Below, one piece after another: positions 60,741 through 64,000 of a stretch of DNA of 64,000 nt; the stretch's first letter is position 1; each line of letters begins with the position of its first letter. The DNA is taken from contig JBAZUO010000006.1 of NCBI GenBank assembly GCA_041661345.1, forward strand, positions 3,410 to 67,409, read 5' to 3'. This stretch comes from Candidatus Omnitrophota bacterium (GTDB lineage: Bacteria > Omnitrophota > Gorgyraeia > 2-01-FULL-45-10). Under the pieces are notes generated by a model that worked only from the letters and a program-made list of their open reading frames with translations, searched no databases and was not told the DNA's origin. A program made the position numbers and the translations under genes.

Positions 60741-62044
60741 TACAACCTCACTATGTTAGATATATTCTTTACGCCTTTTAAAACGTTACGCGTATCAACC
60801 ACCAATTTTGAATTTTCGGCAATGAACTTATAATCGACATTCGAATGGTCTGTGACAATGACGACACAGTCCGAATCCTTAAACGCGTTCTTATTAAATT
60901 TCAGGCTCTTAAGATTGATGCCGTGTATCTTAAGATACGGCAGATACGGATCATAATAGGAAACGAGCGCCCCCTTTTTTATCAGCAGGTCTATTATCTC
61001 CAGCGCCGGAGACTCACGCAAGTCCTTTACATCTTTTTTATACGCAACGCCTGCGACAAGGACCTTGGAACACTTCAAGGACTTGCCGCAGTTATTCAGG
61101 CCATCCATCACCTTGCTTACAACATAATGCGGCATCTCGGAGTTTACCTGCGACGCCAAATCGATGAACCTCGCCTCAAATCCATGCATTCTGGCCTTCC
61201 ATGACAAATATATCGGGTCAACTGGAATGCAGTGCCCCCCTACACCTGGTCCGGGATAGAACGGCATGAAGCCATATGGTTTCGTCTTCGCTGCATCGAT
61301 AACTTCCCAAACGTTGATGCCCAATTTATCGCACATCAGCATAAGCTCATTGACCATGCCGATATTCACGATCCTGAAGGTATTTTCCAGCAACTTCACC
61401 ATCTCAGCGACCTTGCTCGATGACACAGGAATTACAGTATCAATGGCCTGTTCATATAATATTTTGGCTATCTCGGTCGACTTTTTCGATATACCGCCTA
61501 TTATCTTCGGCGTGTTCTTGGTATCATATTTCGCGTTGCCAGGGTCTATCCTTTCGGGGGAGAAGGCCAGATAAAAATCTTTTCCTTCCCTTAACCCGGC
61601 AGACTCCAACACTGGCAGCATTACCTCTTCTGTGGTGCCGGGATAAGTTGTCGATTCGAGAACAACAATCTGTCCGCGCTTCATATATTTTTTGATGTTT
61701 TCCACCGCCGATACTATATATGAAACATCCGGCTCTTTGGTCTTGTAAAGCGGCGTCGGAACACATATGATAACCGCGTCCAGTTTCTTTATATGCATAA
61801 AATCGTTCGTGATCGCGAATTTCCTTTTGGATATCGCGTCCTTTATTTCCGACGAAGGAACGTCAAGGATATATGATATCCCCTTGCCGAGCTTTGCAAG
61901 CCTGCCCTGGTCCACATCCATGCCATATACGGTGAACCCTTTCTTTACAAAGGTAATGGCAAGCGGCAGCCCCACATATCCCAGTCCGATCACTCCGATC
62001 TTTGCCGTTTTATTCAGGATCTTCTTTTTGAGTTTGTTGAACAT
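60740..62044 (-). CDS. UDP-N-acetyl-hexosamine 6-dehydrogenase (WbpA/WecC/TviB-type nucleotide-sugar dehydrogenase)
   Basis: 434 aa. Motifs KIGVIGLGYVGLPLAITF and GPGVGGHCIPVDPIYL (catalytic Cys). The length and motifs fit the UDP-GlcNAc/ManNAc dehydrogenase subgroup rather than Ugd. Confidence 0.85.
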   Translation of the reverse strand: MFNKLKKKILNKTAKIGVIGLGYVGLPLAITFVKKGFTVYGMDVDQGRLAKLGKGISYILDVPSSEIKDAISKRKFAITNDFMHIKKLDAVIICVPTPLYKTKEPDVSYIVSAVENIKKYMKRGQIVVLESTTYPGTTEEVMLPVLESAGLREGKDFYLAFSPERIDPGNAKYDTKNTPKIIGGISKKSTEIAKILYEQAIDTVIPVSSSKVAEMVKLLENTFRIVNIGMVNELMLMCDKLGINVWEVIDAAKTKPYGFMPFYPGPGVGGHCIPVDPIYLSWKARMHGFEARFIDLASQVNSEMPHYVVSKVMDGLNNCGKSLKCSKVLVAGVAYKKDVKDLRESPALEIIDLLIKKGALVSYYDPYLPYLKIHGINLKSLKFNKNAFKDSDCVVIVTDHSNVDYKFIAENSKLVVDTRNVLKGVKNISNIVRL

Positions 62045-62046
62045 GG

Positions 62047-62964
62047 CTATTTTCCCCTTCCCTCAAGAATGTATTCTTTCAAAGCATCTTTCCAATTGCG
62101 CATCTTGTGCCCGGTGAAACGAGTAAACTTTGAATTGTCCAGGACCGACATCGCAGGCCGTTTCGCCGGACGATTGAGCTTTTCGGAAGATATCGGGACA
62201 ACCTCCGTCTCCGACCCGGTCAGTTTAAGTACCTCTTTAGCATACTCATACCACGAAACGCTTCCCGAATTTGAAACATGATATATTCCACAGCCCTGTG
62301 AGCTGTGAGCTGTGAGCTGTGAGCTGATCTTGTCTATCACTACCCGTATCGCTCCGGCTAAATCCTTCGTGTACGTGGGAGACCCTACCTGGTCATTGAC
62401 AACCTGAAGCACATCCTCCCCCGAGGCCTTTGTAATGATCGTCTCAACAAAATTCTTACCGTGTTTTCCGTACAGCCAGCTCGTCCGGAGAATGAAATAA
62501 TTTTTTACGCCTTCTATAACGGCCTCTTCGCCCTTAAATTTCGAATCACCATAAATGCTGAGCGGCAAAGCCTCATCGTCTTCTCTGTAGGGGCCCGATT
62601 TTTTGGTGCCGTCAAACACGAAGTCCGTGCTTATGTGGATCATCGTTGCGCCGGCGGCGGCGCAGGCTTTCGCTACATTCTCTGCGCCCGCGGTATTAAC
62701 ATTATACGCCTTATCTTTATCGCGTTCGCATCCATCTACGTCCGTCATCGCGGCGGTATGCACGACAATATCCGGCTTTATTTTTTCAATAACAACCGTA
62801 ACGCTTTTCTTATCCGTTATATCACACTGGCTGAAATGCCGTACACCATCACCCCGTACAATGTCCGCGCCATATACATCGAATGCTTTATCCAGCTCCG
62901 CGCAAAGATCCACTCCAAGCATTCCGTTTGAGCCGGTAACTAATACTTTATATCTTTTCGGCAT
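62047..62964 (-). CDS. rfbD: dTDP-4-dehydrorhamnose reductase family (RmlD) with a repeat-encoded loop insertion
   Basis: 305 aa. Motifs VLVTGSNGMLGVDL, YGDSKFKGE (YxxxK), VVNDQVGSPTYTKDLA and RPAMSVLDNSKF. The extra loop SSQLTAHSSQGC is encoded by a heptamer repeat. Confidence 0.85.
   Translation of the reverse strand: MPKRYKVLVTGSNGMLGVDLCAELDKAFDVYGADIVRGDGVRHFSQCDITDKKSVTVVIEKIKPDIVVHTAAMTDVDGCERDKDKAYNVNTAGAENVAKACAAAGATMIHISTDFVFDGTKKSGPYREDDEALPLSIYGDSKFKGEEAVIEGVKNYFILRTSWLYGKHGKNFVETIITKASGEDVLQVVNDQVGSPTYTKDLAGAIRVVIDKISSQLTAHSSQGCGIYHVSNSGSVSWYEYAKEVLKLTGSETEVVPISSEKLNRPAKRPAMSVLDNSKFTRFTGHKMRNWKDALKEYILEGRGK
62297..62326. repeat. Perfect tandem heptanucleotide repeat (TGTGAGC)x4 + TG inside rmlD
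   Basis: Read directly from the sequence: cagccc TGTGAGC TGTGAGC TGTGAGC TGTGAGC TG atctt. On the coding strand it is (GCTCACA)n and encodes SSQLTAHSSQ. Confidence 0.95.
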
Positions 62965-63920
62965 TTAATTAACCGTTTCCACCAGGATTCGTTATCTCTG
63001 TACCAATCTACCGTAAGTTTCAGGGCATATTTGAAATCATGTGTGGGCTGCCATCCAAGCCCTTTCATCTTTGTGATGTCTAAGGCATATCTCTTATCGT
63101 GGCCGGGCCTGTCTTTCACAAATTCTATGGAGCTCTCATCCTTGCCAAGCATATTGATGAGGCTCCGGGTGAGCTCCATATTGGTGATCTCATTGCCGCC
63201 GCCGATATTATAAACCTCTCCCGGTTTACCCTTATGGATCACAGCGTCGATGCCCTCGCAATTATCTATTACATAAAGCCAGTCCCGCACATTCATCCCG
63301 TCGGCATACACGGGGACCTTCTTGTCATTGATGAGATTCGTTATAAAAAGTGGTATCACCTTTTCCGGATACTGATAGGGGCCATAATTATTGGAACTGC
63401 GCGTTATTATGACCGGTAACCCATATGTGATGTAATAGGACCGCGCTAGAAGGTCCGCGCTCGCTTTTGTCGCGGAATAAGGGCTGTTGGGCTTCAGGGG
63501 ATAGTCCTCTCTGAAAGAACCCGTCTGTATGCTGCCGTAAACCTCATCGGTCGATATCTGAACGAATAATCCCACGCCGTGTTTTTTCGCGGCTTGTAAA
63601 AGCGTGTGCGTCCCAAAGACGTTTGTCCGGACAAAGCTATCCGGGTCCAGTATAGACCTGTCGACATGACTCTCGGCGGCAAAATTGATTATCACATCGC
63701 AGTTCTTTGCCAGTTTCTCGACAACCTTGCTATCGGCGATATCGCCTTTTACGAATTTATAGTTCTTATTGCCGGCTATGTCCTTAAGATTTTCCGGATT
63801 GCCGCAGTAGGTAAGTTTATCCAGGTTCACTATTTCGTAATCACGGTACTTATTGAGGATATGCCTTATGAAATTAGAGCCTATGAAACCGGCCCCGCCC
63901 GTAACAAGCAGTTTCTTCAT
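62940..63920 (-). CDS. rfbB: dTDP-glucose 4,6-dehydratase
   Basis: Motifs [50 protein letters not shown] and SNNYGPYQYPEKVIPLFI...NVRDWLYV. Track start is 63926. The second ATG at 63920 forms an ATGA overlap with the rmlA stop. Confidence 0.95.
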   Translation of the reverse strand: MKKLLVTGGAGFIGSNFIRHILNKYRDYEIVNLDKLTYCGNPENLKDIAGNKNYKFVKGDIADSKVVEKLAKNCDVIINFAAESHVDRSILDPDSFVRTNVFGTHTLLQAAKKHGVGLFVQISTDEVYGSIQTGSFREDYPLKPNSPYSATKASADLLARSYYITYGLPVIITRSSNNYGPYQYPEKVIPLFITNLINDKKVPVYADGMNVRDWLYVIDNCEGIDAVIHKGKPGEVYNIGGGNEITNMELTRSLINMLGKDESSIEFVKDRPGHDKRYALDITKMKGLGWQPTHDFKYALKLTVDWYRDNESWWKRLIKCRKDIKY

Positions 63921-64000
63921 TCGCATTTCCCGCTCGTTTTTGCTACGAGGTTATTTGCCCTCAATAATGATTCGAATGTCCCCGCGTCGGTCCACCAGCC
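63917..64000 (-). CDS. rfbA: Glucose-1-phosphate thymidylyltransferase, C-terminal 27 codons only (gene continues beyond the window end)
   Basis: Hand translation of the reverse complement from 64000 gives GWWTDAGTFESLLRANNLVAKTSGKCE*. The W.DAGT.ESLL.A motif is typical of RmlA-family C-termini. Not in the ORF track because it is truncated. Confidence 0.65.
   Translation of the reverse strand, partial: GWWTDAGTFESLLRANNLVAKTSGKCE

Noticed and set aside
1-64000. Mobile elements, CRISPR arrays, tRNA/rRNA genes, toxin-antitoxin or known phage-defence systems.
   Set aside because: No transposase, integrase or recombinase motifs appear in any frame of the track. No spaced direct-repeat array is present. 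Non-coding space totals under about 1 kb and contains nothing tRNA-like. No ORF shows nuclease, ATPase or Sir2/TIR-type defence signatures.

Overview
By my tally of the gaps, the window is about 98% coding. It reads as one very large cell-envelope glycan biosynthesis and decoration supercluster: about 55 protein genes, 51 on the minus strand. I saw no rRNA, tRNA, CRISPR array, transposase, integrase or recognisable defence system.

Organisation: there are three long co-directional minus-strand arrays (64000->54648, 53693->32993, 31046->1898). Only three non-coding gaps exceed 90 bp (799-892, 31047-31396, 53694-53910), and each carries divergent sigma70-like promoters. Each array ends head-on against a short plus-strand unit.

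Content:
- dTDP-sugar genes: rmlA (partial), rmlB, rmlD and an FdtA-like ketoisomerase.
- A UDP-HexNAc-uronate branch: dehydrogenase, 4-epimerase, UXS-type decarboxylase and an AsnB-type amidotransferase.
- A non-canonical CMP-ulosonic-acid module: a NeuB homolog lacking the SAF domain, a KdsC-type phosphatase, a NeuA-type cytidylyltransferase, an SDR, two class III aminotransferases, an AAC(3)-family acetyltransferase and a frame-split TIM-barrel isomerase.
- 12 GT2/GT4 domains.
- Three to four polyprenyl-phosphate-sugar synthase + GT-C pairs, two of the synthases fused to methyltransferases.
- Six SAM-methyltransferase domains and an APH-fold kinase.
- A Wzx flippase plus an MsbA/PglK-like ABC exporter.
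- A GbsR-type regulator and two SGNH hydrolases.
- Nine radical SAM enzymes, the most striking feature: seven have a cobalamin-binding-type N-domain and two are SPASM/twitch-like.

My best candidate for an undescribed system is this radical-SAM-rich glycan hypermodification pathway, together with the unusual ulosonic-acid module and a split WbdD-like kinase/methyltransferase trio.

Limits: all functional calls come from motif recognition in the supplied translations and from my own hand translation. No database search or computation was possible, so family assignments need HMM or structure confirmation.
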